A stretch of 64,000 nucleotides of DNA, taken from Vicugna vicugna. Its lineage: Eukaryota. Both the position numbers and the translations under genes were made by a program. The stretch covers positions 62,001 through 126,000 of the forward strand of contig MU057615.1 in the NCBI GenBank assembly GCA_013265495.1. The letters run 5' to 3'. Shown one piece after another: positions 13,101 to 26,784 of the stretch; within the stretch, counting starts at the first letter, position 1, and the number at the start of each line of letters is the position of its first letter. Below the pieces are notes generated by a model, which worked only from the letters and a program-made list of their open reading frames with translations, had not been told where the DNA came from and searched no databases.

Positions 13101-14279
13101 GCTAAGATGTCATGAAATTATTCCTTAGATATGCACCTTAATTCTCGGGCCGGTCTCCTGTTGTTCTCCATAGTCCCCTCAAGGCGCACCATGGGCGCTG
13201 GGGGCAGCTGTGGTGGCTGTGGGCTTGATCCTGGTAGAACTGGATGGCAGGCAACATTCCCCTTCCACTGGAGCACCATCTCCTGTTCCAAAGTTCTCCT
13301 TTCTCTGGTGCCCTCCTCCTTTGCTTTTCTTGGCTCCACTTAGCATTAACAATTAGTGCGACTTTAACTTCTATTTTTTATATCCTAGAAAGTTCTAAGA
13401 CCTACCTACCTGGCAGCTGGACCCTTCTTCTAAGCCACATCATGTAATTCAGGTTCTCATATCCTCCTGCCTGGGGTGTTCCCAGAGACTCCTGCCCTGC
13501 CTCCTTGCCTCTGGTCCCATATTCTGCAGCAGATCTGGTTTCTTGAAGCACAGATTTTATCCTGGTATTTTCCTTTTCAGAAATGTTCCCCAAACTCTCC
13601 ATTTCCTATGAAATCAAGCCTTACTTTTTGGCCCCTTCTTGGCCAAAGTGTGTTAAGTCTGTGTGGAAATCTACATTCTATCAGCCACTGCACATTTCTT
13701 AGGTGTCAGTTCGGCTGAAGTTTATGACTTGATTCATCCTTATTCTGCTGCCACCAGTTGTACTGGTCAACTCTGTCTGTTGCCTTCACCCAGAAAGCCA
13801 AGCCCTGCAGGGACAGCCTGAGCGAGGGAGGCAGCGAGGAGCTTGGGTTCAGACTCTAAGCCCAGACCCCTCCCTGAAATGCATTTTCCTCATCAACGGA
13901 ATGCAACTATTTATTATCAAATACTAGTAGGATTGTAAAGATGGGCTGAGAGCCCTGGTAATGGTGCCCAGAGTACGGCGAACACTTACTGCATAAATGC
14001 GTGTGTTTGGGGGCCTGGTTTAGGAGATTGATGTGTCAGGTTTTTTTGTTTGTGTTTTATTTTAGGTACTGTAACTTCAGTGAGCTTCGGTTACCTCACT
14101 GAGAGACAGCTGTTTGTATTAACTGGTCATGTTCTGTGGTAGTGATAGGTCGGCGTTAGGACATACTAATTTTATTTATTCAGTTCCTCCAAGTAAACAA
14201 AGTCTGCCCTTTATCAGAATTTTCCTAAATGTAACGTCTCAAGGTACATTTGAAGACAGCATCATGATGATAAAAAATA

Positions 14280-14400
14280 AGGCTTTGCAGTCAGACAGAC
14301 TTGGGTATGAGGCTCAGCTCAGCCACCTCCTCACTCTGTGAACCCTGGAAAGTTATTTATGGTGAGTTATAGGGTTAGTTACACATCCAATTAGCACAAT
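14280..14400 (+). mobile_element. MIR fragment
   Basis: ggctttgcagtcagacagacttgggtatgaggctcagctcagccac...ctgtgaaccctggaaagttattt is the MIR core. Confidence 0.7.
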
Positions 14401-15699
14401 CCCTGATAGACAGATTAAAAAAATAATTACTAAAAAAATAGAACCCCAACAGTGGTCTAAGAAAGATGAATCGCACACAGCACTATCATGTTCTGCTTAA
14501 ATGAAATTGACCTCTTTCAACTTCATTTTCTCTCGTGTGAAGGATAAAGACCAAATGAAGCAATGAGGACAGTAAGGCATCATGCTGGAGTTCACTCGGC
14601 TCTCCATAAATGCTCATGACTGTCAGTGCATTGCTAGATATAGTAATTACATGGGACAGCATACATAATGCCCCTAGCAGAGCTGGCATGCGCTAGACAC
14701 TCAGTAAATGATTTATTTGCCACCATCATCATTTTTCTCATTGTTCACCCTTCTCAATTCCAAAGTCATTCTTTCTGATAGAAAAGGTATAGATAACATT
14801 TGAACTAACATTAGACTTAGGTAAGCGGAAATCTAGTGACTGATTAGAGACACCAGGTAGTTCTTTCCAACTATGTCCAAGGCTGGAATTAAATCAGGAA
14901 TAGTAACATTCTGGATTTCGTGTCATTTCATTCTGTGTGTTGGGGGGTGTATTCCTTAGGTTTCCTGTTAGACACGAGACCACATGTTTTCCCTTGTGAT
15001 GACTGTCCTACTGGGGGATCAGCTGCCACGTTTTGAAACACAGGGAAAGGGCCATGAGAAATGGTTAGAGAGCTTACTGGGAATTTCAGAGAAATTCATG
15101 AACAAACAAACTTCTAAGACTATTGTCCTGAGGAGGCAGCACTGCGACAAAGACAATTTTTTTCAAGTATTCAAAATTTTCTGGAGGTCTAAATGATACC
15201 TCTTTATCCTTGTTGTTTTACTGAATCTTCACACCCAATCTCACCTCTTCCATTCCCTCTCCTTTTCCACAGGATTTTTTTTTACCCTCATTCTTCTTTT
15301 TCCCTTGGAAACTCTTTTCATCTCAGAGGACATCTGTAGCTCTTCTATCCCTGCATTTTTTTTTTACCTCCCCTCTTGCTTTTAATTCTTAATATATACA
15401 TTTGAATATGATTTAAAATGTTTTGTACATTAAGGAAGATTTCATAAGCTTCTTAAAAAAAACCCATGTGAATTCACAATCCTTTGTTTCTTTTTACTTC
15501 TCTGAGATACTTGACTTGGATTTTTTTCTTTTGGTTAGTAGTGTTCATTTTTGGAAGCGTAGAAAAAGATACTTCACCCTGTAAACAGTGTTTTTGGTTA
15601 AACAGGTATCATCGTGTGAGGTTGTGTATGATTTTAAATCACTGTACAGGTACATCCCTGTGGTGTGCCTACTGCACGAGTCCAGAGCCAACACTCGTG

Positions 15700-15870
15700 A
15701 GCCCTAGTAATGTCAGAGACTGTCCCCTGCAAGTGTGACGGTGACCCTTCAAATACAGGACGGCATGTGAGAAACCCCTGTTTTTCAGGTGAGGAAATAG
15801 GCTTAGAGAGAGCATCACTTGGGAAGCACAAGACTGAGAGGACGCAGAGCCCAGCTTCAACCCAACGATG
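15700..15870 (-). mobile_element. MIR fragment
   Basis: tttcaggtgaggaaataggcttagagagag...cacttgggaagcacaag is the reverse MIR core. Confidence 0.6.
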
Positions 15871-16114
15871 GCTGAGTCTGAACCTCTCCGACCAGGGGAC
15901 GCTGAAGCATGTCTGAGAGAGCAGAGGCCCGAGGTCGGCCCGGGGCTTCCTGGCTCCTCTAATATCAGCTCTGCAAGGCATCATTTATACTGAAATGAGT
16001 GGGATGTGTTGCTGTGGAACAGACTGCCCATTTCCGTGAATTTTAAATCTGACGGGTAACCTGAGAGTCATCAGGGCAGCAACACTTTTCTGGGGTTTTT
16101 GTTTCCCATGAATT

Positions 16115-17490
16115 TTTAAAAACTTTATTTTGAAATAATTATAAAACAATACTCAAATCAGTAATTATTTGAACAAATTGATTTATTTTGAAATAATTAT
16201 AGTAAATTATAAAAGTAGCATGGGGAAGTCCGGTGTACCCTTATGTGCTAAACCGGGAAACAGACCTCTGGACCGTGTGTGGAGGCAGGTCCAGGCCATC
16301 GTATCACAACACAGATTTCTGTCACCACCTCCCCAGTTAAGATGCAGAACTAGTCTGTCACCACAGAGCCCTCTCTCCTGCTGCCCTCTTGTAGTCACAC
16401 CAGCATCCCCATCTTTTCCATCTCTACACTTTCCTTCTTTTTGAAAATGCCACGTGATTGGAATCGCATAGTATGTGATCTTATGAGACCAGCTCTTTTT
16501 CACCAACGCAGTGTCCTTAAGAGCCACCCAAGTTGTGGTGTGAATCAGTAGCTTGTCGCTTTTGTTGTGTGCTGAGTGATACTCCACGGCATGGATGTAC
16601 CACAGCTTGCTTAACCAGTCGTTGCTGAGAGAAATTTTAACTGTCTCCAGTTTTTGGCTGTTACAAATTCAGCAACTGTGCCATTGGTGTGTTAGCCTGC
16701 CAGGGCTTCCGTAACAAAAGACCACAGGTTGGGTGGCTTCAACAGCGGAAGTTTGCTTTCTCCAGTTTAGGAGGCTGGCAGGCCTAGCTCGAGGCGCCGT
16801 CGGGGATGGGTTCCGGTGAGACCTTGCTTCCGGGCTGCGGGTGTCTCCTCTTGGCCGTCTCAGTGTGACCTCGCATGCATTTGCTCTGTGCGTTTCCTCT
16901 TGGCTGGGTGGGTGGGGAGAGAAGGCAACCGTATTCCTGTGTCTCTTCCTCTTTTAGGGACACCAGTCCTGTCGGATTAGGGCCCCACCCTAATGACCTC
17001 ATGTAACCTTAATTGCCCCCTTAAAGGACCCATCTCTAAATATAGTCACATTGAGGGTTAGGAGTTCAACATTTGAATCTGGGAGAAACACAGTTCAGTC
17101 CCTAACAATTAGTGCACAGATTTTTTGTGGTCATAAATTTTCATTTCTAGGAGTGTAATTGCTGAGTTGTATGCAAGTGCATATTTAGTTTTTTTTAAGA
17201 AACTGCCAGAACTGTTTTCCAGATTGGTTGTGCCTTTGTGCACTCCCACCAGCAATCTGTGATAGATCCCGTTTCTGAACACCCTCACCCGAATTCGCCA
17301 CTATTTTTGTCTTAGCCATTTGAACTGGTGTGTAGTGACTGCTCATTTCAGCCTTCATTTTTGTGTCCTGAGTGACCTGTGACGTTCAGCATCGTTTTAC
17401 ATGCTTCTTTGCCATCCAGGTATCTTCTGTGATGAAAACCACCTCATTCTTTTTTCTCTTACCAGTTTTCTAATTGGATTGTTTAAAATG
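16115..17490 (-). mobile_element. Old L1 (L1ME-like) 3' region, interrupted by an MLT1 LTR
   Basis: ttttgaaataattat start, tactccacggcatggatgtaccacag, and taagaaactgccagaactgttttcca; continuous on both sides of the LTR. Confidence 0.75.
16688..17107 (-). mobile_element. MLT1-type (ERVL-MaLR) solo LTR
   Basis: TG...CA termini, near-identical 5-bp flanks attgg/attag, and MaLR motifs gggccccaccctaatgacctcatgtaaccttaatt and ggagttcaacatttgaat. Confidence 0.88.
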
Positions 17491-19267
17491 GGGCCCTGGG
17501 TCTTAGAAGTGCCTGTTTTGCTGTTTGAAATAGTGACAATGTTCAACCACCTCTTGTTTCGAACACACCGTCCCTTCAGAGCAGTGCTGGCCTGCTGGTG
17601 ACAGGAATAGACATACTGCCTGGCAGAGAGTGGAGGGCTTACCTTGTTTCCCTGCTCAGAATGGCTTCCTTCCTAGGACAGGATGCCTTCCTGCAAAAAG
17701 ACACAAACTTACCATTTTCCAAGTAGTTCCACACTGTTATTTACGTGGTCCTGAACCCTTAGCAGGTAGCAGACTGAACGGGAGGCAGGTGAAGTCACTT
17801 GATTGGGAACCAGAGGTCTAAAGTCAGTACCGGAGCCCAGATTCCCAAGCCTCTTTTGAGACTTAGCAGGAAAGTACCAATACGCTAAATTACTTTTTCC
17901 TGCTTGTGAGTAAGCTGTGAGTCATTGTCTTTGGGAGAGGAATGGACCAGAAGTTCTTCAGTGGTTCCCTTGCTCCTTGGGCAGGCAGTCTTCAAACCCA
18001 GCTACAGACGTGGTGGCAGTAAGAATTCAGGAGCAACTCACGTGAATAAACATAGACATTTTCAGTCTTCATTTTTAAAACTTGTATCTCTGCTGTGTTG
18101 CTCCATATACTTTTGTGAAACATCACTTAAAAGAGTAAGTTCAATAACCATTGTTATTTTTTATACCATCTGGCATTCTTTTCTTTTTTTCCATCAGTGT
18201 ATTATTGTTACTATTTTTCTTTTCCTTTTAAACATTATTTGTTATAAAGAGACATATATTGGTCAGTTAGCTAAAGGCATCCTTTATCCCAGAACTGTGG
18301 AAACTGATTCTTTCCCCTCCACCTGACCCTAAGGATCTTGAGGACACTGTGTTTCTTTTACTGTTCTATCTCCGATACCTAGAGCAGGGCCTCATTCATA
18401 GAATAGGGTTCCCTGACAACTGTGGCAGTATTCTAAATCCGTGTTTTCTACAGAACTGACAGATGCATCCATTACAAAAAGGAAGATAAGACAGGACTAA
18501 GAAGCAGTACAGATGATGGACAAACGAATCAGATAAGAAGGGACAAATAATTCCAAACATAAAGAAGTTTAAAATGTAAATAGATAAAACTCTCCATGTA
18601 GGAGAAAACAGCTTAAATTGGAAAAACCAAATACAAATATGTGCTGTTTAAGATTGACACACATAAAAGAATCAGGGAAAGCAGGAAATTGGAAATAAAA
18701 AGATGAAAAAACATAATGGGCAAATACTAACTAAAGAAAAGCTGGAGCATCTGTGTTAATTTCATTAATGAAATGGACTTCAAGACTGAAGAAACGGACG
18801 ATTTTTGAAAGTTTTTACATCTTTTGGTCTCCCTTCCACTCCTCTCGTGTAAATATTACCTGTATTTTAATTATGGTGTACTGTGGTTGTATTGCTCTTT
18901 TTCTTTGGCCTCAGCTATTTTTAAGACAACAAACTACTGAGGTTTCGGATTGCTATCTATGTGCTCGTGTTACATGGCAACTCCCAGGTTCTCTTCCCAC
19001 CTTTCCTAAGTGTGAGTATCTAGCCGTTTCACCGAAACACTGTTACCAGTGAGGGTCTTTCTGTGTCACATCTGACACTGCTGTGTAACTAAGAATCACT
19101 TTTTATGCCCTCTTACTTGACTGAGAGAGAGTTCAGCTGGGTATGAAATTCTAAACTCTTAAATTACTTTAAAAATTTATTGAAAACACTACCCAAATAT
19201 CTTTTCATGTCCAGTATGATGCTGTTTTGATTCATTTCCTTTGTATGTGCTCTGGCATTTTTCTCTG

Positions 19268-20270
19268 TGTTGCAAAAAATTCGGTGTTCCTTTTGTGTTT
19301 CTCCTTTATTCTCACAATACTACCACAGTCACAGTGCTTTTTACACCAGATGTTGGGGAGGTTAGTCCCCACACCAAACAACTCCCCCTCGCCAGCTGGG
19401 TGTCCTACATTTTAACTCAGTTCTGGCAGTGTTATCTGGAGAAACTGTCAGATCCCTCGGATTAAGGACTCTGTCCCACCAGACTGCGCCCCCCCAACCC
19501 CAACTTCAGGTGTCAGTTACAAGTAGTAGGCCCTTCCTTGGGTTACCTACAGCTTCTGTCTGATTTGGCTACAAATCAGAGGCTTCCATGACTTCCTCCC
19601 CCTTAGATTCAATTATTTTTGCTAGAATAGCTCACAGAACTCAGGGAAACATGTACGTTTACTAGCTTATTAAAGGATATTAAAAGATACAAATGAACAG
19701 CCAGGTGGGGAGGTACACCCAGGGAGGCTTGGGCAGGCGCTGAGGGCAGGAGCCTCTGGGCCGGTGGGACTGGAGTGTCACACTCCGGTACGTGAACGTG
19801 TTCCCCAGCCTGGAGGCTTCCTGAGTCCTGTACTGTTGGAATTTTCATCACGTAGGCATGAGTAAGCTCTCCATTACCAGCCCCTCTCCCTTCTCTAGAG
19901 AATGGGAGGTGGGGCTCAAAGTTCCAAGCTTTAATAATGGCTTGGTTTTTCTGGTAACCACCCCCCATCCAGGAGCCATCTAGGTGCCCACCCAAGTCAA
20001 CTCATTAGAGCAAAGACACTCTCATCACCTGTAAAGTTATAAGGGAGTTAGGAACTCTGAGTCAGGAGCGAGGGCCAAAGACCAAATATTAGAACTAAAG
20101 ATATTTTTAGTGCTTTTTTCACTTGGGAATTTTCAAGGGTTTCAGGAGCTCTGTGCTGAGAACAGGGGCCAAAGACTAAACGTCAGTGCAAAAGATCCTT
20201 TTAGCACTTCCATTTACAAGGGTTTCTGGAGCCCTATTTCAGGAACCGGGGGCAGACACCTGAAATATCC
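19268..20270 (-). mobile_element. MER21-like LTR
   Basis: ccagctgggtgtcctacatttt...gtcagatccc..., agctcacagaactcaggga and ggggtggggctcaaagttccaa resemble MER21. Confidence 0.75.
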
Positions 20271-21366
20271 TCTTCGGCCCTCCATAGGCCATTTCAGTCT
20301 TTCAATTCACAAAAACCTTAAGGTTTTTCATAAATTGTGAAAATTACTTATCTTCTCTCTTTGCGTATTTCTCACAGCCCGCGGTGATTGCCGTCTCTTT
20401 TCCAGGGTTTCTCTTGTCTGGCTGGCGGCGCTTCAGCCCGCGTCTTGCACATCCCTTACCTTTCCTGTTATGGTTCATGTGACTTTTCCTTTTCTTACCC
20501 ACCGGCATTCGCTCAGTCTGGTCTTTGAGTCTTGTTAAGTTTTTCCTCACTATATCCATTCAATTACTCATCCCATTTAATGTCTTACTTATTTCAATGT
20601 TTTTCACATCAAATATTGCTAATATATGTGCTTAGTTTTTAGTGTGTTTATCAAGCCAACATAAAATTTTAAGTTCATTTATTCTTATATGTCTGCCTCC
20701 CATAGAACCTGTCACCCAGTGTGTTGTCATTTTGGCCCACTAGGTAGTACTCCTCATGCGCATGCATGGCTTTGTCAAGGTTATGGTTGCGTGAAAGGCC
20801 AAACCCCGTTACGTGGTAACTCCAGAGTGTGCGCGGGGGCTGGACTGGGGTTTGTAAGGTGAACCTTAGGACAGAGACCCCGGGCCCCAGGAAACTGCCA
20901 ACTGCTTCTCCCCGAGCAGAGCACTTCAGACCTCTTCTTTTCCTCCTTTGGCAGAGGCCATAGGATTGTAATTCATTTGCCCATCTGGTTCTGTTTTGGT
21001 TTGGGGTGGGGAAAATGCCTTGTTGGTTAGTCCCCATCTGTTTTTCTCAGTTCTGATGACTAAGGACACCTGGGCCAAGGTCCAGGTTGCCTCAGGTGTG
21101 GTCAACACGGATATCTCCGTGAGAGACGAGACACGCGAGAGACTGGGCTCCTACAGTTCACTCTTCACTTAACCCTTCTAGTGTTCTCTTGGCTTGTCTC
21201 CTTCTCCAAGCCCAAACCCCCATCCGCACAACTCAGTTCAGCCTCAGGGTTTCTCACAGAATCAGGGATATTTGCTGCTTTCACTGCTCAGGAAAGGAAG
21301 CCATGGTTCTGGTTCCATGCCTTGGTCGGACTGCTGAAACCACGTTTATTCTTACATTTATGGTTT

Positions 21367-21522
21367 TTCTTTTCCTCTTCTTTTCTTCTTTTCTGTTTTT
21401 TTTGGAGTGGGGAGGTAATTAGGTTTATTTATTTATCTATTTTTAGAGGAGGTACTGAGGATTGAACCCAGGATCTTGTGCACACTAAGCATGCACTCTG
21501 CCACTTAAGCTATACCCTCCCC
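21367..21522 (-). mobile_element. Vic-1-type SINE
   Basis: gaggtactgaggattgaacccaggatcttgtgcacactaagcatgcactctgccacttaagctataccctcccc preceded by a T-rich tail. Confidence 0.92.
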
Positions 21523-22099
21523 ACTGTGGCTTTTATCTTTAGAACTCTTTACTGACGTCCTCATTTGACTAAAGTCAGATGTCAGGCTGGCTCTCCCACC
21601 ATTAAGTAACTGTGTAACTGGACAAATACATAAACAGTCAATTTTAGATGTTGGGCAGCAGGAGGCACAGGACCGTGTTCCAGGAGAGAAGGGCAGCACA
21701 TGCGGGTGGCCTCGCTGTCCCCCGGCTTCCTGCCGGGGGGTGCTCTCCAGTCCCTGGTGCGGGGAGGCAGGGCCCAGGCAGAGCGTGCTGTGGCCTCACT
21801 GGGCCGAGGAGATGGAGATCAGAGTTCTAAGATGCTGAGGTGGCTGGAAGATGCAGGGTGGAATTTCAGAGAAGAGGGAGCTGTGCAGCAAAGGAGGTTC
21901 AGAGGTCTGTGTAGGGTCCCTTTGACCAAATAATAAACTGTGTCGGTAGGAGGAAGTGCTCACCAGACCTGACGGAACAATTACTGGGAAGTTCTGAGTT
22001 GAATGGCCGTTTGGGAAATTGTACAGGGCTTAGGGACATGAGAATTCAGACCAAAGTGGAGACATTCTGGGCATTTAGTTGGAACTTAAGGAAGCAGAT

Positions 22100-23750
22100 G
22101 CTTTAGAAATAGGACGAATCTGACCCAAAAGTAGTAAGTCGAAGTTCTAAGCCTACCCCCTGAAAGATTAAAAAACATCCTTCAAAAGAATCAAGCTAAT
22201 CCACAAGTAAATCAACTGCCAGAGCAAAATTTAGCATACCTGAAAGAAGACAAAACCTAGACACTAAATAGCATTGCCATCCAGTGTTCATGATACAGTT
22301 AAAAATTATTAGATATGCAAAGAAGCAGGAAAGTGTGGCAAAAATCAGGAGAAAATTCAGTCTTCACAGAGGAGACTTAGAAATAACAGTAATAGTGGGC
22401 CTAACAGACAAGGGCATTAAAAGAGCTCTTATAAATATTGTAAAGGCTTAAAGGGAAGCATGAAGATAATGAGAGGGGAAATCTCAGTAGAGAATAAAAC
22501 TATGTAAAGAATCAAGTGAAAATTCTAGACCTAAACAAGACTATCTAAAATTAAATATATACAGCCTTAAGAGGAGGTTTCGTATTGCATATATTGCAGA
22601 AGAAGTTTATCTTCAGTAGAAACTACACTGGACCATTGAAGGAAAAGGGCTGAATGATTGAGCGCAGCCGGAGTGACCTGAGATGCTGACAGGTGGTCTC
22701 AAGTCTGTGCAACAGCAGCCCCAGGAGAGGAACTGGGAGAAGAAGCTATTTGAAGAAATAATGACCGAATGTTTTCCAAATTTAATGAAACATATAAATC
22801 CTCAGAGCGAAGAAACTTAACCAACCCTAAGCAGAAAATTTAGACATAGGAAAATCATAATTAAATTACTGAAACAAAAGATAAAGAAAAAAAAATTTTA
22901 AGCAACCCAAAGGAAAAATGACATATGATCTAGAGGAGACTGTTGATCAATATATGCTGACTTCCCATCTGAACATAACACAAAACTAAAAATAACAGTG
23001 GAACACCATCTTTAAAGTACTGAGAGAGAACACCAGTAAAAAAGAAAATAAATACCCAAGGAAAATGTCCTTCAAAATGTAGGTGAAAAAATAAATGATT
23101 TAATGAGTGAAAGAATTCTTCACTGGCAGAAGTGCACTACAAGAAACATTACAAACGTTTCTTCAGGCTGAAGGAGAATTTTACCAAGTGGAAACTGGGG
23201 TCTGTTGAAGTACTGAAGAGCTCTGATAAATGGAAATACTTAAGCAAATGTAAAAGACTTTTTCTCATTTCTTAATCTCTTCAAAAGACAGCTGGCCATT
23301 GAAAGCAAAAATAACAGTGTATAGTCAAGTTTATAAGCTACATGGAGATAAAATTTGACAATAATTATGCAAAGGACAAGGGAGAGAACTTGAGTAGATA
23401 CTCTTATAAGTTCCGTATGTCATATGATAGGTAAATAATATGCTATTAAATTGTATTAGGTGTTGATAAATTGAAAGATGCATATTATAAACTACAGAGC
23501 CACCATTCAGAGTTACACAAAGAGGTATAGCTCAGGACAAATAGAGGATGTAGAACAGGATATTAAGAAACATTTTAGCTGATCCACAAGAAGACAGAAA
23601 AGGGAAATATGACAACAAAGGGCAGATGGATGCAACAAATAGAAAGCAAATAGCAAGATTAAAGAGAAACAGAAACATACTGATAATCATGTCACATGTA
23701 AATGTGCCAGTTAATACTCCAATTAATTACTACTCTAATTAATAACCCAG
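22100..23750 (+). mobile_element. Old L1 5' / ORF1 region, degenerate
   Basis: A-rich sequence with L1 ORF1 remnants (tttgaagaaataatgaccgaatgttttccaaatttaatgaa; gtggaacaccatctttaaagtactgagaga); no long ORF. Confidence 0.8.
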
Positions 23751-24690
23751 TATATCAATCACAGTGTTAGTGTTTTTGATTATTTTGAAATCATGAGGAT
23801 GGAATCCTGTAAAGAATGTGACAACTAAGATGTCTGCAAGAAATAGGATCTCATTTTTATTTCGTTAGCATTTTCTTGCTAGTTGTCCCAAATGAGTGTT
23901 TAAAAGGGGAAGGCTGATGGGAAAATGTGCCAATTATCAGTGTATTATTCATTCCCCAAATAGATTCTGAATCTCTCAACTCCAGCAATTTCAAACTGAA
24001 AATGTATAATTACTACTTTCAAGCGTGTCCCTTCCAGATTGGGCTTTTAGCCCTCGCTCCGTAGATGACTCAGACTGTTCATCAGGCAGCGAGACAGAGA
24101 AGCAGGAGCTGGGCCTGGTCAGGGCCGGGTGAGGAGGGGGCGGGCAGGGGAAGACGGCCTGCATCTGGGAGCCGCGATCATCGCTGCGCGGCTCCCGGCA
24201 GGGTGGGGCTGACCTCAGAGCCGGATCATCAGCCTTTTCTCCTAAAAATCTAGTCCCTGTTTCTGTAGGACTGATGAAACACCGGTATTTTAGAATCCAT
24301 GCCCTCAAATTAAGGAATATCTTATAGCTTTGCTAGTCTGCATGAAGTCCTAAATCATGAAACCCCTTCACTTTACTTACTATGTCTTTTAATGTTAAAC
24401 AAAACTTACTTGGCTTTCCCTTGGGCTACCGATGTAAAAGCCAGAGATAAGGGAACGCTGGTGTGCAGAGGTGTTCCCCTCAAGCCATCACTTCTGGTGG
24501 AAGTGCCCAAAGGTACCTGCCAGGCCACCGTTCGCTCCACATTGTGTGTGTGTGCACATGCGTGTGTTTAGTTTACAGAGACACAGAGGGAGCGGTATTA
24601 TTCCAACACCTAAGAAAATCATGAAAAGGAAAAAAAAAAATCTTCCCTATCTTGCCACCTGCCACAACAATTTTGCCTGTTTCTGTCTAG

Positions 24691-24801
24691 TTTTGTGCAC
24701 AGCCTTGGATGTGTTACACAGGTTCTAAGCCAACCAGAACCACGTGCCTTGGGCCAGCTTGAATCAGGCCCTGGTATCCTAGGTGTGGTGAAGAGATGCA
24801 A
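24691..24801 (+). other. Candidate exon (111 nt), unidentified gene
   Basis: Acceptor ttttgcctgtttctgtctag| and donor CAA|gtaagg; open in phase 2 (FVHSLGCVTQVLSQPEPRALGQLESGPGILGVVKRC). Confidence 0.3.
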
Positions 24802-25514
24802 GTAAGGGCGAACTTAGCTTCCAAGGTGCCCAAAGGGGAAACGTGTAGAAGCAGGGCAAAAATAAAAAGTGGGTGACAGGGATAGGACAGCGTGGATGAC
24901 TGTGTGGGAGGAAGTGCTGGCTCTGAGAAGTGAGGCGTCCCTGGAGTCCTTGGAGTTGTCCATGCGACGTCGTGGAAGATCCCTTAGTTCTCAGCGTGCT
25001 GTGGTCTCTCTGGGTGTCATCAGGGCTGGGTTCTACCCTGACCCTCACCCTCATTCTTCTTCTCTCCTTTGAAACCTGTAGCTCAGAGCCATGCATTAAG
25101 GCTTGGGTTTTCTTTTAGCCCCCAGTTATTAGCCTCCAGTTTAGCACGTTGAGACCAGTGTCTCTGACACTCTCCTTGCCACGTCCCCGGGATCCCCTCT
25201 GTCCTTCGCTAGCTCTGAGGCTCAGCAGGACAGGCAGATCCGGACATTGACTCCTTCCGGTATCACCTCAGCTAGTTCATAAATGAATCAGACATGTGCC
25301 TGCAGCCCCAGGCCTCCATGAGCCAGAAATGTTCTTGAATCCTTTTTAGCCAAGTTAAGTCTGACTGCAAGCCCCATCACCCGGTTTAATCCCAGTCATC
25401 ACTGCGCTGGCGCCTTCATCCCCCTCCAGGGATCCAGGATTCCCAGGGCACTCAGATCTCAGAGCAGGGCCTCTAGTGCCCAAGACAGCCTCACCGTCCA
25501 GGTCTCTGTACCTG

Positions 25515-26030
25515 TGATACAGGGGAAAATGTGGGTGAGAGGAGGGCTGTGTTCTAGGTCTCAAGTGAGTCCCTGGGACGTGCCCGCCAAGTGAGGGTCC
25601 TTGGCTTCCTGCAGGAAAGAATTTAAGAGTGAGCCACAGTTGAGCAAAAGTAGATTTTTTCAGAGAGATACTCACTGCATAGACAGAGGGAAGGCCATTT
25701 TACTCAGAAGGGAGAGTGGCCACAGGGCATGGGGGGTGTTAGTTTTATGGGCTCAGTACCTTTATGTGCTAATAAGTGAGGATTATGCCAACCACTTTGG
25801 GGAGGGAGCTGGGATTCCCAGGAACTGGGCCACCGCCCACACTTGACCTTTTATGGGCAGCCTTGAAACTGTCCTGGCACCTGAGGGAGGGCCATGTAGC
25901 AGCCATTGTATTTCAATGAGTGTATATTGAAGCTCAGGGTCTACTGGGAGTTGAATTTCGTACCATCTTGGTGCTAATTGCTGTGTCCTTCTTTTAATGA
26001 CTGCGCCCTGACCCCTTCCCTCCTGCCTCA
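25515..26030 (-). mobile_element. ERV1-class solo LTR
   Basis: gagggtccttggcttcctgcaggaaagaatttaagagtgagccacag... ending cctgcctca; resembles cetartiodactyl ERV1 LTRs. Left boundary approximate. Confidence 0.7.
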
Positions 26031-26434
26031 ACTAGAACACACGAGTTTATGCCTGTCAACAAACTGTGGTCTCAGGATGAACTGGTGAGTCTGAGGACGC
26101 GGGGCATGGCGTCCGGCACGCAGGTGAGGGTTCTGTCAGGCCGCCAGCAGCAGTTGGTACCCTGACATCATCAGAGGGGCCTGAAATCCATCTGTGAGGG
26201 CACCTAGGGAAATCCTCCTACTGCTGGCAAACGGCGCTCCGGGACGAGGAGAGCAACACCCCATCAGATGGTCTGCCTCGTCGGTGCGACAGAGGAGTGC
26301 AACGCCCCGCCCTGAAAGTCTGTCACAGTTTGCCAGCTCTAAAGAGTCGACATGTCAGGGCTTTCTTCTTGTTGCATTTTAACTGCCTGCTTCATTTTGA
26401 AATGTTCTGGATGTGATCCTCTTCACTGCTGCAG

Positions 26435-26572
26435 GGAGATGTTGTTTGCAGTTAGGGTCCCATTAGCAGTGCAGCAGGGAGTTGGCTGCAGCCGTGCTGA
26501 GATGATAACCCAGACACGAATGCCCATTGCATCTGCTCCTTCGGTTCAGAATTCCAGACCCTCTGCATGCAG
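26435..26572 (+). other. Candidate exon (138 nt), unidentified gene
   Basis: Acceptor gatcctcttcactgctgcag| and donor CAG|gttggc. Open in phase 2 (EMLFAVRVPLAVQQ...RPSAC); phase 0 has two stops (GDVVCS*...DDNPDTNAHCICSFGSEFQTLCMQ). Confidence 0.27.
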
Positions 26573-26784
26573 GTTGGCATGGCTTTATGAGACAGAGGGG
26601 AAGAGTGGGGCTGGGGAAAGGGGTACTAGTCGGGGGAAGGGAGAGGGGGGACCTAGTGGGGAAAACCTGGATAGTAGTTCTTGCTCCGAAGACTTAAGAC
26701 TTTTACCTTTTACTGGTAGTTAATTATAAATACGTATATTTGGGTGACATTTTCCTCACAATAATATTTGTAGGAATAATTTTT

